A stretch of 60,293 nt of DNA from Acidimicrobiia bacterium (GCA_013002865.1 JABDLU010000118.1:1-60293), one strand, 5' to 3'; counted from the stretch's first letter, positions 21,008 through 32,183 are shown. The notes: a model not told the origin generated them from the sequence alone. Made by a program: numbers and translations.

Positions 21008-22098
21008 CCCCTCATCCGCGAGTGCTCCGCCTCGGCCTGGAGTTGCGAAGCAACTCCCAAGCCGGGCGAAGCCCGGCCCCAGTCCAGGATGACCTTGCCG
21101 GTCCGTCCTTCCCGGACCGCAGCGAAGGCGGCCTCGTACTCTTCGGCCGGGAACCGGTGGGTGATGACCGCGCTGATATCGAGACCGCTGTGCAGCATCG
21201 ACGTCATCTTGTACCAGGTCTCGAACATGCGGCGGCCGTAGATGCCCTTCAGGGTGAGGCCCTTGAAGATCACCTGGTTCCAGTCGATCTCGAAGGGCCC
21301 GGACGGGATGCCGAGCAGGGCGATGTGGGCACCGTGGTTGATGGTGCGCAGCATGTCGGCGAGGGCGGCAGGCGCCCCCGACATCTCCAGACCGACATCG
21401 AAACCCTCAACCATGCCCAGTTCGGCCTCGATGGTCTCGAGGGGTGTCTCGCCGACGTGGACGGCCCGGTCGGCACCGAGGCGGTCGGCTAACGCGAGGC
21501 GGTAGTCGTTGATATCGGTGACGACGATGTAGCGAGCGCCGATGTGGCGGGCAATGGCGGTGGCCATCAGGCCGATCGGCCCTGCGCCGGTGATCAGCAC
21601 GTCCTCACCCACCAGGTCGAATGCGAGGGCGGTGTGGGTGGCGTTGCCGAGCGGATCGAGGATCGAGCCGATCTCGTCGCTGACGTCGTCCGGCAGCGGG
21701 AACACGTTCCCGGCCGGCACCAGCACCTGGTCTGCGAACGCGCCGGCCCTATGCACACCGATCCCGGATGCATTCCGGCAGTAGTGGCGCTTGCCCGCCC
21801 GGCAGTTGCGACAGTGGCCGCAGGTGATGTGGCCCTCCGCCGAGACCCGGTCACCGACCGTCAACCCGGTCACTTCATCGCCGATCGCACTGACCACACC
21901 GGCAAACTCATGGCCGACGGCGATTCCGATCGGGACGGTTCGGCGGGCCCATGCGTCCCAGTCAAAGATGTGCAGGTCGGTTCCACAGATCGAGGTGACC
22001 CGGACGTCGATGACCACATCGTTCGGCCCCGGGACCGGCCCGGGGATGTCGGTGAGGTCGAGCCCCGGCCGGTCCGCAGACTTGACCAGCGCACGCAT
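21004..22098 (-). CDS. tdh: L-threonine 3-dehydrogenase
   Basis: Zn-ADH fold. N-terminus ([20 protein letters not shown]...VGHEFAGVV) runs parallel to E. coli Tdh. Directly downstream of kbl. Confidence 0.85.
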   Translation of the reverse strand: MRALVKSADRPGLDLTDIPGPVPGPNDVVIDVRVTSICGTDLHIFDWDAWARRTVPIGIAVGHEFAGVVSAIGDEVTGLTVGDRVSAEGHITCGHCRNCRAGKRHYCRNASGIGVHRAGAFADQVLVPAGNVFPLPDDVSDEIGSILDPLGNATHTALAFDLVGEDVLITGAGPIGLMATAIARHIGARYIVVTDINDYRLALADRLGADRAVHVGETPLETIEAELGMVEGFDVGLEMSGAPAALADMLRTINHGAHIALLGIPSGPFEIDWNQVIFKGLTLKGIYGRRMFETWYKMTSMLHSGLDISAVITHRFPAEEYEAAFAAVREGRTGKVILDWGRASPGLGVASQLQAEAEHSRMRG

Positions 22099-23288
22099 CA
22101 GGAGATGACGCCCAGACGGCGGCCGACGGCAACGAAGCCCTCGACCGCCTGGTCGATGTCGGCATCGTCGTGGGCGGCCGACATCTGGGTCCGGATCCTG
22201 GCCTGTCCGCGCGGCACCACCGGGAACGAGAATCCGACGACGTAGACGCCCTCGTCTAGGAGCGCATCGGCCATCTCTCCGGCCAGCCGGGCATCGCCGA
22301 GCATGACCGGGATGATCGGGTGGCCGTCGCCTGCCAGCTCGAAGCCGGCCGCCGTCATCGCTGAGCGGAACCGCTGGCTATTGCGGCGCAGGCGGCTGCG
22401 CAGATCGTCGCTCGCCGCCAGCAGCTCGAGGGCGGCCCGTGAGGTGGCGGCAATGACCGGCGCCAGGCTATTGGAGAACAGGTATGGCCGGGACCGCTGC
22501 CGAAGCCAGCCGATGATCTCCGAGGATGCCGCGGTGTAGCCGCCGGAAGCCCCCCCGAGTGCCTTGCCGAGGGTGCCGGTACGGATGTCGATGCGGTCCT
22601 CGACGCCGAGCGCCTCCGGAGTGCCCCGGCCGGCGGCGCCCACGAAACCAACGGCGTGGGAGTCGTCCACCATCACCATCGCGTCGTACCGGTCGGCCAG
22701 GTCACAGATGCCCGGCAGGTCGGCCAGGATCCCGTCCATCGAGAACACCCCGTCGGTGGCGATGAGCCGGTAGCGGGCACCGGCGGCTTCCTGGAGGCGG
22801 GCCTCGAGGTCGTCCATGTCGTTGTTGGCGTACCGGTACCGGCTCGCCTTGCAGAGCCGGACTCCATCGATGATCGACGCATGATTCAGGCTGTCGCTGA
22901 TGATGGCGTCATGCTCGTCGAGGAGCGTTTCGAACAACCCGGTGTTGGCGTCGAAGCACGAGCTGTACAGGATGGCGTCCCCGGTCCCGAGGAACCCGGC
23001 AAGATCAGCTTCCAGCTCGGTGTGCACCGCCTGGGTGCCGCAGATGAAACGGACCGACGCCATTCCGTACCCGTGATCCCCGAGGGCGTCGGTGGCGGCG
23101 GCGACCAGCACGGGGTGGTTGGCGAGCCCGAGATAGTTGTTGGCGCAGAAGTTGAGCACGCTCCGGCCATCGGCCAGCGTGATCCGGGCATCCTGGGGCG
23201 AGGTGATGCGGCGCTCGTCCTTGAAGAGGCCTTGCTCCCGCAACTCTGCCAGGCGGTCGGTGAGGTCAGCGCGCAGCCGGTCGGACAT
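22098..23288 (-). CDS. kbl: glycine C-acetyltransferase (2-amino-3-ketobutyrate CoA ligase)
   Basis: PLP alpha-oxoamine synthase motifs ([29 protein letters not shown]). Paired with tdh. Confidence 0.9.
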   Translation of the reverse strand: MSDRLRADLTDRLAELREQGLFKDERRITSPQDARITLADGRSVLNFCANNYLGLANHPVLVAAATDALGDHGYGMASVRFICGTQAVHTELEADLAGFLGTGDAILYSSCFDANTGLFETLLDEHDAIISDSLNHASIIDGVRLCKASRYRYANNDMDDLEARLQEAAGARYRLIATDGVFSMDGILADLPGICDLADRYDAMVMVDDSHAVGFVGAAGRGTPEALGVEDRIDIRTGTLGKALGGASGGYTAASSEIIGWLRQRSRPYLFSNSLAPVIAATSRAALELLAASDDLRSRLRRNSQRFRSAMTAAGFELAGDGHPIIPVMLGDARLAGEMADALLDEGVYVVGFSFPVVPRGQARIRTQMSAAHDDADIDQAVEGFVAVGRRLGVIS

Positions 23289-23319
23289 GTGGCCAGACTA
23301 TCTCCTGGCGGGTGACGAC

Positions 23320-24090
23320 TCAGGACAAGCCGTACAGGGCAGGCACATCTGCGATGGAATCGACCACGTGGGTAGGAGGCGGCACCACCGGATCTCCCCG
23401 GCCGGTCACACCGGTCAGAACCAGGATCGTCTCCCATCCCTCGGCATGGCCGAGCGCCAGGTCGGTCTCGGGGCGATCCCCCACCACCGCAACGCGAGAC
23501 CCGTTGACGCGCTCGGCCAGCAGGCGGCGCATGGCCGGCTCCGGCTTGCCGGCCACTTCGGGCTCAACGCCCGAGCCCGCCACGACGGCTGCGACCAGAG
23601 CGCCGGCGCCGGGGGCCAGACCCTCCGGCGTCGGGTAGGTGGCGTCGGTATTGGTGGCGATGAAACGCGCCCCGTTGCGCACCGCCAGCACGGTCCGGGT
23701 CAGGGACTCGTAGCTCAGATCGGGGTCGAGCCCGGTGATGACCACCTCGGCATCGTGCCAGTCGTCGACCAGGGGAACCCCCCGGGCCAGCAGGGCTTCG
23801 CGAGCTCCGGCCGCACCGAACAACAGGGTGGGGGGCGTCCCGTCACCCAGCAGGTGCACGGCCGCCAGCGCCGAGGTGACAACCATATTCGGCTCGGCCT
23901 CGAAGCCGGTCACCGCCGCGATCTTGGCCGCAGCCTCGGCCGGGGTCTTGGTGGCGTTGTTGGTCACGAAATGCAGATCGACCCCGGCGGCCGCCAGTGT
24001 GCGGAGGGCGGTTCCCGCCCCCGGCACGGCGTGGCTCCCCCGGTACAGGACACCATCGAGATCGCAGACCAGCGCGTCGAGCCCGGTCAC
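23320..24090 (-). CDS. HAD-IIA family hydrolase (NagD-like)
   Basis: DLDGVLYRG motif I, FVTNN motif and GDRPETDL motif IV. Confidence 0.7.
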   Translation of the reverse strand: MTGLDALVCDLDGVLYRGSHAVPGAGTALRTLAAAGVDLHFVTNNATKTPAEAAAKIAAVTGFEAEPNMVVTSALAAVHLLGDGTPPTLLFGAAGAREALLARGVPLVDDWHDAEVVITGLDPDLSYESLTRTVLAVRNGARFIATNTDATYPTPEGLAPGAGALVAAVVAGSGVEPEVAGKPEPAMRRLLAERVNGSRVAVVGDRPETDLALGHAEGWETILVLTGVTGRGDPVVPPPTHVVDSIADVPALYGLS

Positions 24091-25430
24091 TCAACCACCG
24101 AGTGGAGGCCAAAGCGCTCAACGACGACGGAGAGGAACTCGGTGGTGAGCCGCATCGACTCCACCCCGACCCGCTCGTTGTGGCCATGGAACATCTCGGC
24201 GAACTCCCCGGTGCCGATCCGCTCGTCGAACAGGCCGGCTCCGTAGGCGATGGTGCCTTTCGGACGGAAGAACCGGGCGTCGGTGCCGCCCATGATGAGG
24301 GAGGGAAAATACCGGCGGCTGCCCCCAACCTGTTCATACCCGTCGCCGACCGCTTCCCACAGCGGCCCGGAGGTCGGTGAAGACGTGGCGGGATGATCCA
24401 TGACCGGCGCGAACTGGAGGCGGTCGTACAGGTCGGTGCCGAGGGCCTTGCGGAGGTGGTCGTCGATGGTCGTCTCGTCCTGACCGGGCAGCGACCGGAT
24501 ATCGACATCGGCCCTACCCGACTCGGCAATGACGTTGCTCTTCACACCGCCGTGCACGACGTTCGGGCTGACCGTCATGTGCGTGAGCGCGTGAATGATG
24601 CGAGCCATACCGGGATCGGCTCCGGCAATGGCCTCGATGGCTCCGTCGATCTGGTCGGGATCGAGCAGCGCCGCCGACGTGGCCTCGTCCAACCCCATGA
24701 CCTCAACGATGGCACGCCATTCGTCGGTGATCACGACCGGCGTCGGCTCATCGGCCAGGCGGGCAATGGCCCGGCCGAGGTGGATAACGGCATTGTCCCG
24801 GGCATAGGGCTGGCTGCCGTGACCGGGTACACCCTGGGCCGTCACCGTTCGCCAGTACGTGCCCTTCTCACCCACCCCAACCGGGTAGGCCGACCCACCC
24901 GGCGTCTGCAGGGGTGGATAGGCGATCTCGTTGAGCTGGTAGTCGCAGCCGACCTCGTCCCAGTGGTTGTCGACCAGCCATTTGGCCCCGAGCTTCCCGC
25001 CGGCTTCCTCGTCTGCCACGGCCAGATACATGAGATCCCCGGGAAGCGGATCCTTCTCACCGGTGAGATAGGGCCGGAACGCCGCCGCCATCGCCGAGGT
25101 CAGATTCAGCATGTCGACCGCCCCGCGGCCCCACACAAAGCCATCGTCGACCACACCGCCGAACGGGTCGTGCTTCCACCCGTGACGCGACGCCGGGACC
25201 ACATCGGTGTGGCACATCAGGGTCAGAGAAGGCGCTCCCGGGGTCGAGCCGGGCACCCGGTACAGCACGCTCTGGCGGCCGGGATGGGGCTCGAAGACCC
25301 GCCCGTCCTGTCCGAAGAAGCCCTGCAGCGTCTCGACGGCCCGGTACTCCCCGCCGCTGTCGGGGGTTCCGTCGTTGACACACCCATCCTGGATCAGGGC
25401 AATGAGGAGCTCAATGGCGGCTTCAGTCAT
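24087..25430 (-). CDS. M20/M25/M40 family metallopeptidase
   Basis: HTDVVP metal-binding motif, ADEE(A)GG and a dimerisation-domain architecture. Confidence 0.75.
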   Translation of the reverse strand: MTEAAIELLIALIQDGCVNDGTPDSGGEYRAVETLQGFFGQDGRVFEPHPGRQSVLYRVPGSTPGAPSLTLMCHTDVVPASRHGWKHDPFGGVVDDGFVWGRGAVDMLNLTSAMAAAFRPYLTGEKDPLPGDLMYLAVADEEAGGKLGAKWLVDNHWDEVGCDYQLNEIAYPPLQTPGGSAYPVGVGEKGTYWRTVTAQGVPGHGSQPYARDNAVIHLGRAIARLADEPTPVVITDEWRAIVEVMGLDEATSAALLDPDQIDGAIEAIAGADPGMARIIHALTHMTVSPNVVHGGVKSNVIAESGRADVDIRSLPGQDETTIDDHLRKALGTDLYDRLQFAPVMDHPATSSPTSGPLWEAVGDGYEQVGGSRRYFPSLIMGGTDARFFRPKGTIAYGAGLFDERIGTGEFAEMFHGHNERVGVESMRLTTEFLSVVVERFGLHSVVE

Positions 25431-25834
25431 GGACTATCCCAGAGGCGGCCGATCAGGTCGTGCATGGTGTCCACCATAGGACGCTCGCCGAGGCGATTCA
25501 GCGGCACCCACTCGGCCCGGCGAGCATCTCCCCCCGCCTGCAGGGTGCCGCCTTCCACCGAGGCCCAGTAGTCGAGGATCACGTAATGCCAGGCCGGCGG
25601 TGTTCCCGGGCCGATCGACTCGCCCACCCAGGCAACATCGCCGACGGCGACGAAAAGGCCAGTTTCCTCGGCCACCTCGCGTTTCACGGCGTCGAGCAAG
25701 AATTCACCCGCCTCGACCCGACCGCCCGGCACTGCCCAGAGCCCGGCGGCAGGCTCGTTGGCGCGCTCGACCAGCAACAGCCGTCCATCCCGCACGACGA
25801 CGGCACCGACCGCCAGACCGACCCGGTCAGTCAT
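25427..25834 (-). CDS. NUDIX hydrolase
   Basis: Nudix box PGGRVEAGEFLLDAVKREVAEETGL. Confidence 0.7.
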   Translation of the reverse strand: MTDRVGLAVGAVVVRDGRLLLVERANEPAAGLWAVPGGRVEAGEFLLDAVKREVAEETGLFVAVGDVAWVGESIGPGTPPAWHYVILDYWASVEGGTLQAGGDARRAEWVPLNRLGERPMVDTMHDLIGRLWDSP

Positions 25835-26309
25835 CCTCGTGGTTCATGATGATGAACCGTGCCGAGAAGCCGCCGGCTTCGAAGAAGTTCTTGGCCAGCC
25901 GGTGGCCGGGCAGCACGTGAGCGTCGAACCAGCGGTGGCCCGAGGCCCGGAACGCCTCCATGATCGTGTCGCGCATCGCCTCGCCGATCCCGACCCCGCG
26001 AGCCTCCAACTCGGTGAACACCAGCTTGATCGTCGCCATCCGTTCCCCGTCGGCCTGGGGAAGCAGCGGCGCCGAGTACCCGAGGATGAACCCGAAGGGA
26101 ACATCATCGGCTGTCCCGATGTACACCAGCGTGTCGGGGTCGGCGACGGCCGAGGCGAGGGCATCTTCGATCGGCGCCGGCAATCCGTCGGCTTCCTTCC
26201 ACAAGCCCCGCAGCGCTTCCATCTCGGCTTCGAGCAGCCGGTAGAGCCGCAGCAGGTCCGGAAGGTCATCCGGGCCGGCCGGGCGAGCGGCGATGACGAG
26301 CGCGGTCAT
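25827..26309 (-). CDS. GNAT family N-acetyltransferase
   Basis: ATG at 26309 forms an ATGA overlap with the upstream GT2 stop. Acetyl-CoA motif ELEARGVGIGEAM. Confidence 0.7.
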   Translation of the reverse strand: MTALVIAARPAGPDDLPDLLRLYRLLEAEMEALRGLWKEADGLPAPIEDALASAVADPDTLVYIGTADDVPFGFILGYSAPLLPQADGERMATIKLVFTELEARGVGIGEAMRDTIMEAFRASGHRWFDAHVLPGHRLAKNFFEAGGFSARFIIMNHEDD

Positions 26310-27022
26310 CGCCGCACCAGCCGCTGCACACCCCACAGCGTGACCAGCCACATCGCTTCGACCGCAATCCGCCAGTTCATCTTCGACTCGCCGCGCCGGC
26401 GATCCCGGAACGTGATTGGGACCTCAGCGACGGCGACCCCTTGCTCGTGGCAGCGCCGGGCCATTTCGACCTGGAATCCGTAGCCGGACGCTTCACAGGT
26501 TGCGGGCTGGAGGGCGGCGAGCACCTCGGAACGATAGGCCCGGAAGCCGCTCGTCATGTCCGAGATGTCGGTCGCAAGCGCCCGGCGGGCATAGCCGTTG
26601 CCAAGACGACTCAGGAGTCGCCGGTGGAGCGGCCACCCCGGCACCGAGCCGCCGGGAACGTACCGGCTCCCCAGTGCCGCCCCGCTGCCACCGGCAACGG
26701 CCTGCACCAGGTCGGGCAGGCTGGCCGGGTCGTGGCTGAAATCGGCATCCATCTGACACACGATTTCGGCGCCGCCGGTCAGCACCTCGGCGAATCCGGC
26801 TGCATAGGCCGGGCCGAGGCCCTCCTTGCGGCTCCGGTGCAAGACCGAGACGCCGGCGTCCCCATCGGCAATCTGGTCGGCCAGTGCTCCGGTCCCGTCC
26901 GGCGAGTTGTCATCGACGATGAGCACCTGGTAGCCGAGCGCCCGGATGTCCCGGATCAGCGGGGTGAGGTTCTCGGACTCGTTGTAGGTGGGTACTACGA
27001 CCGCGACGGCCTCAGGCCGCAC
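26306..27022 (-). CDS. polyprenol-phosphate mannosyltransferase (GT2, Ppm1/DPM1-like)
   Basis: VVVPTYNESENL, IVDDNSPDGT and QMDADFSHDP motifs. Confidence 0.75.
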   Translation of the reverse strand: MRPEAVAVVVPTYNESENLTPLIRDIRALGYQVLIVDDNSPDGTGALADQIADGDAGVSVLHRSRKEGLGPAYAAGFAEVLTGGAEIVCQMDADFSHDPASLPDLVQAVAGGSGAALGSRYVPGGSVPGWPLHRRLLSRLGNGYARRALATDISDMTSGFRAYRSEVLAALQPATCEASGYGFQVEMARRCHEQGVAVAEVPITFRDRRRGESKMNWRIAVEAMWLVTLWGVQRLVRR

Positions 27023-27506
27023 AGTCGTTGCAGATTTGCTTGCGCTTGTTGGCGAGCTGAGTGGTGCGCTTCACGAGGAAACAGCTCGAGCAAACGAACT
27101 CGCCGGCCGCCACGCTGTCGGCCTCCTTTTGGAGGGCGAGCTCGGCCCGGCGCAGTGAGGCAACCTCGGCTGCTTCATCGACCCGGATGACTTCGGCTGC
27201 CTCGTCGGGGGTGAGCATCTCGAGCTCGGCGGCTTCGAGCTCATCGAGGGCGGCCGCATCGCCTTCGTCCGCACCGTCGTCGAGGTCGTCGTCGTCCTCG
27301 TCGTCGTCATCCTCGTCATCGTCCTCGAGCCCGGCGATCTCGTCGTCGTCGAAATCACCGGCCTCGTCTGAGTCATCATCGAGGTCGTCCAGGTCGTCGA
27401 TGTCCTCCAGATCGTCGAGGTCTTCGGCGTCCTCATCGACGGCATCGGCCTCGTCGAGCTCGGTGTCCCGCTCGTCGATCGTGTCGGTGGACTTCTTGCG
27501 TGCCAT
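27012..27506 (-). CDS. DUF4193-like acidic protein with C-terminal zinc ribbon
   Basis: ATG at 27506 is preceded by GGAGGA. Long D/E tract, then FVCSSCFLVKRTTQLANKRKQICNDC. Confidence 0.65.
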   Translation of the reverse strand: MARKKSTDTIDERDTELDEADAVDEDAEDLDDLEDIDDLDDLDDDSDEAGDFDDDEIAGLEDDDEDDDDEDDDDLDDGADEGDAAALDELEAAELEMLTPDEAAEVIRVDEAAEVASLRRAELALQKEADSVAAGEFVCSSCFLVKRTTQLANKRKQICNDCAA

Positions 27507-27601
27507 TCCCCTCAGGTCCTCCAGGAATTGAGCCGGGAGTATATACACCACCGGTCCTGATTTTGTTCCCTCTGTTTCGGTCGCATTTGGTGGGTTTTTA
27601 G

Positions 27602-28489
27602 TCAGATCTTGATGTCGATGGCCGCAGGCAGTATCCGGCCTCGCAGTGGTGTCATCCCCAAGTATTCCCCATCGGCCTCCACCGGCCACGGGTCGTTGGT
27701 CTCTATCGAGAACTCCGGGCCCCGCAGACGGTGCACGGCTTCATGGGCCAGGTGCAGGCCGCGAGCCGCCTGGCGCATCAGGAGCGGAGCCTGGCTCTTG
27801 CGGGCACTGATCACCTGGGCGTCGATCTGGCCGCTGACCACCGTCGCACGGGGGGCGATGTTCATGCCGTTCCCGAAGAACTGCCCGTTTGCGAAGATGA
27901 CACTCAGCGCCTCACCCTCGTAGCTGCGCCGGCCGGCGGCGACCCGCACCTCCGTGCGTGGGAAGGTCGGCAGATTGAGCCAGAACGCCGTCTGATACCG
28001 CAGCCCTCGTAGCCAGGCGAGGCGGTCGGCAGTGCGTGCCGAGGCGGCCCCAATGCCGGCCTGGGCGATATTGATGAAGAACCGGCTCCCCCACGCTCCC
28101 TCGAGCACACCGGCGTCCGACCGGTACGTTTCGCTCCCCTGCAGGTGACGGGCGGCGTGCTCGACGTCCTGGGGTATCCCGAACACTCGAACGAAATCAC
28201 AGCCGGTCCCGGCGGGGAGGATGCCGAGGGTTGGAGGTTCATCCCAGTGTCGGCTCAGCAGCCCGTTGACCACCAGGTTGACCGTTCCATCGCCGCCGAC
28301 GGCGACAAAGCGTCTATGGCCGACTTCGATGGCTTCGCCGACGAGATCGTCAACGTGACCGGCCGTCGTCGACTCGGCGATCGTTCCGGTCACCTGCCAG
28401 CGGTCGAGGGCAGCCCGGGTCCGGGCGGCAAGGTCGGTGCCCCGGCCCGCCGCCGGGTTCACCATGACGAACCAGTCAGGCGACTCCAC
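27602..28489 (-). CDS. diacylglycerol/lipid kinase family protein (YegS/DagK)
   Basis: VNPAAGRG N-terminus and GGDGTVN catalytic motif. Confidence 0.75.
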   Translation of the reverse strand: MESPDWFVMVNPAAGRGTDLAARTRAALDRWQVTGTIAESTTAGHVDDLVGEAIEVGHRRFVAVGGDGTVNLVVNGLLSRHWDEPPTLGILPAGTGCDFVRVFGIPQDVEHAARHLQGSETYRSDAGVLEGAWGSRFFINIAQAGIGAASARTADRLAWLRGLRYQTAFWLNLPTFPRTEVRVAAGRRSYEGEALSVIFANGQFFGNGMNIAPRATVVSGQIDAQVISARKSQAPLLMRQAARGLHLAHEAVHRLRGPEFSIETNDPWPVEADGEYLGMTPLRGRILPAAIDIKI

Positions 28490-31022
28490 CCGCCGAAACT
28501 ACTCCGTGATCGATCAGCCCGAGCGCATCGGATGCCACGGTGGACAGGTCGGGATAGGTGTCGCGCAGCTGCCGGATCACATCCAGCAACTGGCGCATGG
28601 TTCGCACGAAGTCACCCGCCGCCATCTGGTCGTCTTCAAACAGGTCCTCGAGCGTGGCCCCGGAAGCCCAGCCGGCGGCAATGCCGGCGAACCCCGGCTC
28701 CGGTGGCCGGGTCTCGCTGAGCCGGGCGGCCTGCTCGTCGGCGGCGAGACCAGCCCACAGCGCCTGGATCGCGGCACCCCGTTCCCCGGCCAGGGAGGTC
28801 GGCCACTCACCCACACCCGAGTCGCGCCGGGGCTCGTAGACGAACAGGGTGGCGAGTGCCACGAACTCGGGTACTTCCAGCCCATCGAGGAGCCCGGTTT
28901 CGGCCGACTCGGCAAGCAGCAAGTCGAGCTCGCTATAGATGGTGCGGAGACGCCGGCCGCGATCGGTGAGTGCCCAGCCGTCGGTGTAGCCCCAGGATTC
29001 GAGGAGGGCGAGGGTGGCTTCGAGCTCTCTGACCAGGTCGCTCTCCACCCGGTCGAGGCGCCGCCGCCGGCGCCGCAACTGCCGTTCGGCTTTGCGGGCT
29101 CGCTTGGCGGCCTTGATGTGCTCGAGGATGTCGGGACAGGCCGCCAGCGGGTCATCGACGGGAGCCCGGGCAACGACCGGCGAAGCGCTCGGCGCGGCTC
29201 GCTTGAGTCGCTCGAGCACCTCCGTGCGAAATCCAACTTCGTTTGGCCGGAACGGTTTCGGCAACTCGACGGAACCGAGCCGGGCGGTGCCGAGCGGGAG
29301 CTCCTCGGCCCGCATCCGTTTGATCCGCCCGAATTCGCTCAGCAGCTGCAGACGGGGCTGCTGGGTCCTTCCCCGGGCCAGCATGACATACACCTCCCGC
29401 CCCCGGCGGCCGGGCACTTCGATCACGTCACCGGCGTTGGTGGTGCCGACGAATTGGCGCATCACCTCCCGGCTCGACGGGATAGTGACCCCCTCGGCTT
29501 CCATGCGGTCGAGCAGGGCGAAGACGTCGCCGTGCTCGCATTCGGCGTCTCGGCGGTGAGCGGCCAGCATTTGTTCGGCGCTGTCGAGGCCGTCCCGGAT
29601 CGAATCGGTCTCGGCGCGGCGCTGGAATTGGGCGAACGAAGCCCGAAGCAGATCCTCGGCCTGCTCCCGGGGGTAGTTGGCGATGAGGTTGACGGCCATG
29701 TTGTATGTCGGCCGGAAGCTGGAATTGAGCGGATGGCTGCCGGCCCCGGCGATGGCGGCCACCCGCTCGAACGGGACATACGGCGAATGGAGAACCACCG
29801 CAATGCCCTCGTCGTCGATGCCGCGCCGTCCCGCCCGTCCCGTCAACTGCGTGTAGTCACCGGGCTGAAGCAGCTCGTGGGTTTCCCCGTTGAACTTGGA
29901 CAGGTTCTCGATAACCACCGAGCGGGCCGGCATGTTGATCCCGAGGGCAAGGGTCTCGGTGGCGAACACCACCTTGACCAGCCCGTCGGTGAACAGATCC
30001 TCGACGGCTTCTTTGAAGGCGGGCACCATGCCGGCGTGATGGGGGGCCACCCCGCGCTCCATGTTGGCGAGCCAGTCGGCGTAGCCGAGCATCGCCAGGT
30101 CGGCGTCGCCCAAATGGGCGGTGCGGGCTTCGGCCCGCTCCCGAATCTCGTCCGCTTCCTCCGGGGTGGTGAGCCGCACTCCGGCCGCAACCTGAGCGGC
30201 TGCTGCCTCACAGCCGTTGCGAGAGAACACGAAGTAGATGGCGGGCAGCAGGCCGCGGTTGCGGAGCTCCTCGACCGTTTCGGGCCTGCGAGGCGTGTGG
30301 AAGCGGCGCCGCCGCCCCCCGCCCTGGCGCAGCAGCCTGATCAGCTGGGGATTCGGTGTCTGGCGGCCGTCGCGCTGCTTGAAGATCGGGAACAGCTTGT
30401 GGCCCTGGTTCCGGTCGAACAGGAGGTACTGCCCGCTCAGCGGCACCGGGCGGGTTCGCTCCAGCACCAGGTGGGTCCGGCCCCGGCGACTGTCCACCCA
30501 GTCGGTGAACTGGCCGGCATTGGCGACGGTGGCCGAGAGCCCCACGATGGGAATGTCGAGCGGGAGGTGGATGATGATCTCTTCCCAGACCGGGCCCCGG
30601 GAGGGATCCTGTAGGTAGTGCACCTCGTCGAGGATCACCACCCCCAGGCCCGACAGACGCGCCTTGTCGGTATAGATCATGTTGCGAAGCACTTCGGTGG
30701 TCATCACGATTACCGGGGCATCCCCGTTGATGGAGTTGTCCCCGGTCAGCAGGCCGACCTGGTCGGGGCCGTAGACCGCGGAGAAGTCTGCGAACTTCTG
30801 GTTGGAGAGCGCCTTGATGGGCGTGGTGTAGAAGGCACGCCGTCCTGTGGCGAGAGCGGCAACGACGGCGGCTTCGGCCACCAGCGTCTTCCCGGCCGAG
30901 GTCGGGGCTGCCACGATGACCGAGTCGCCGGCAGCAATATGGTCGAACGCCTCCTGCTGGAATCGATCAGGGGTGAACGGGAGCCGGGCCGTGAAATCGG
31001 CGATGGCAGCAGCGGTGGTCAC
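28476..31022 (-). CDS. helY: Ski2-like DEAD/DEAH-box RNA helicase HelY
   Basis: APTSAGKT Walker A, DEVH box, HHAGM motif and a long C-terminal DSHCT-like region. Lies next to tatC as in mycobacteria. Confidence 0.85.
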   Translation of the reverse strand: MTTAAAIADFTARLPFTPDRFQQEAFDHIAAGDSVIVAAPTSAGKTLVAEAAVVAALATGRRAFYTTPIKALSNQKFADFSAVYGPDQVGLLTGDNSINGDAPVIVMTTEVLRNMIYTDKARLSGLGVVILDEVHYLQDPSRGPVWEEIIIHLPLDIPIVGLSATVANAGQFTDWVDSRRGRTHLVLERTRPVPLSGQYLLFDRNQGHKLFPIFKQRDGRQTPNPQLIRLLRQGGGRRRRFHTPRRPETVEELRNRGLLPAIYFVFSRNGCEAAAAQVAAGVRLTTPEEADEIRERAEARTAHLGDADLAMLGYADWLANMERGVAPHHAGMVPAFKEAVEDLFTDGLVKVVFATETLALGINMPARSVVIENLSKFNGETHELLQPGDYTQLTGRAGRRGIDDEGIAVVLHSPYVPFERVAAIAGAGSHPLNSSFRPTYNMAVNLIANYPREQAEDLLRASFAQFQRRAETDSIRDGLDSAEQMLAAHRRDAECEHGDVFALLDRMEAEGVTIPSSREVMRQFVGTTNAGDVIEVPGRRGREVYVMLARGRTQQPRLQLLSEFGRIKRMRAEELPLGTARLGSVELPKPFRPNEVGFRTEVLERLKRAAPSASPVVARAPVDDPLAACPDILEHIKAAKRARKAERQLRRRRRRLDRVESDLVRELEATLALLESWGYTDGWALTDRGRRLRTIYSELDLLLAESAETGLLDGLEVPEFVALATLFVYEPRRDSGVGEWPTSLAGERGAAIQALWAGLAADEQAARLSETRPPEPGFAGIAAGWASGATLEDLFEDDQMAAGDFVRTMRQLLDVIRQLRDTYPDLSTVASDALGLIDHGVVSAGGVA

Positions 31023-31735
31023 TTCTTGAGCGCGAACCGCACGAGCCAGATAGTGGCCTCATACAACAGGTAGAGCGGGGTGGAGAGCAGCAGCAGCGTG
31101 AGCGGATCGCCGGTCGGCGTGAGGATCGCACCAACCGTGACGATGATCAGGACGGCCCACCGGCGGCCCTTCTTGAGCTGGGCCGAGTTGACCGCGCCGA
31201 CCGCCCCGGCGGTGAACACGAACACCGGGAACAGGAACGCCACGCCAAACACCAGCAGGTACCGGAAGGCGAAGTTCAGGTACCGGTTGACGCCGATGAC
31301 CGGCGTCAGCCGGTCTCCCCCGAATCCGAGCAGCCAATCCAGGGCCCGCTCCATGGTCCAGTAGGCGAAGACCACTCCGGTGGTGAACAGGATGACCAGC
31401 GTGATGATGATCGGGATCACCCAGCGCTTCTCCCGCTTGGATAGCGCCGGGGTGACAAATGCCCACATCTGGTACAGCCACACCGGAGCGGCCAGCACCA
31501 CGCCGCCGAACAGCGCCACTTTCATGCTGACCGAGAAGGCTTCTCCCACCTCGAAGAAGGCCAGGCCGCTCTGACCCGTGGCGGCTTCGTACGGGTCGAC
31601 GATCAGATCGAGCAGCCGGTCGCGGATGATGAATCCGACAACGGCCCCGGCTACGACCGCCAGGGCGGCGATCAGCAGGCGCCTTCGGAGCTCGTGCAGG
31701 TGCTCGAGGATCGGCATGCGGCCGTCGCCGGTCAT
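31019..31735 (-). CDS. tatC: twin-arginine translocase subunit TatC
   Basis: ILEHLHELRRRL N-terminus and six TM helices. Confidence 0.9.
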   Translation of the reverse strand: MTGDGRMPILEHLHELRRRLLIAALAVVAGAVVGFIIRDRLLDLIVDPYEAATGQSGLAFFEVGEAFSVSMKVALFGGVVLAAPVWLYQMWAFVTPALSKREKRWVIPIIITLVILFTTGVVFAYWTMERALDWLLGFGGDRLTPVIGVNRYLNFAFRYLLVFGVAFLFPVFVFTAGAVGAVNSAQLKKGRRWAVLIIVTVGAILTPTGDPLTLLLLSTPLYLLYEATIWLVRFALKK

Positions 31736-32082
31736 ACGGTTTCGGGCGGCCCGTCCGACCCATCCCCGGTCGGGGCATCTGGCTCATCGGGGCCGGCACT
31801 CTCTGACCCCGGCGGCTCGGCCTGGTCGGGAGAGCCTTGTGTCCCGAGCGGGCGTTTCATGGTGTCGCCGAGTGCTTTGATCTCCCCGCCCAGATCCTCG
31901 AGCGGTTTGGTGGTCTGGTTCATCTCGGTCTGGATGGAGGTCCACAAGTCGTCGGCGCTGCGTTGCAGCTTGGACATGACCTGCCCGGCCCTATGAAAGA
32001 ACTCGGGAACGCGTTCGGGCCCAAACAGCAGGATCGCGACGAGGGCGATGACCAGTAGTTCCGACGTCTGAATCCCGAACAC
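31732..32082 (-). CDS. tatB: twin-arginine translocase TatA/TatB family subunit (TatB-like GPER motif)
   Basis: MFGIQTSELLVIALVAILLFGPERVPEF resembles TatB N-termini. Amphipathic helix and an acidic tail. Confidence 0.7.
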   Translation of the reverse strand: MFGIQTSELLVIALVAILLFGPERVPEFFHRAGQVMSKLQRSADDLWTSIQTEMNQTTKPLEDLGGEIKALGDTMKRPLGTQGSPDQAEPPGSESAGPDEPDAPTGDGSDGPPETV

Positions 32083-32183
32083 AACAGAATGCTACGCCCC
32101 GACCCCGGGCAAACGGCTCCGGCCCCACTCATGACCGAACCGCCCCCGGGGGTGGGAGCGGTTCTTGCTTGGGGTGCGGGTCG

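Noticed and set aside
27230-27470. GTC/GAC-rich repeat tract.
   Set aside because: It encodes the Asp/Glu-rich region of the DUF4193-like protein on the minus strand. The period is 3, not an independent repeat element.
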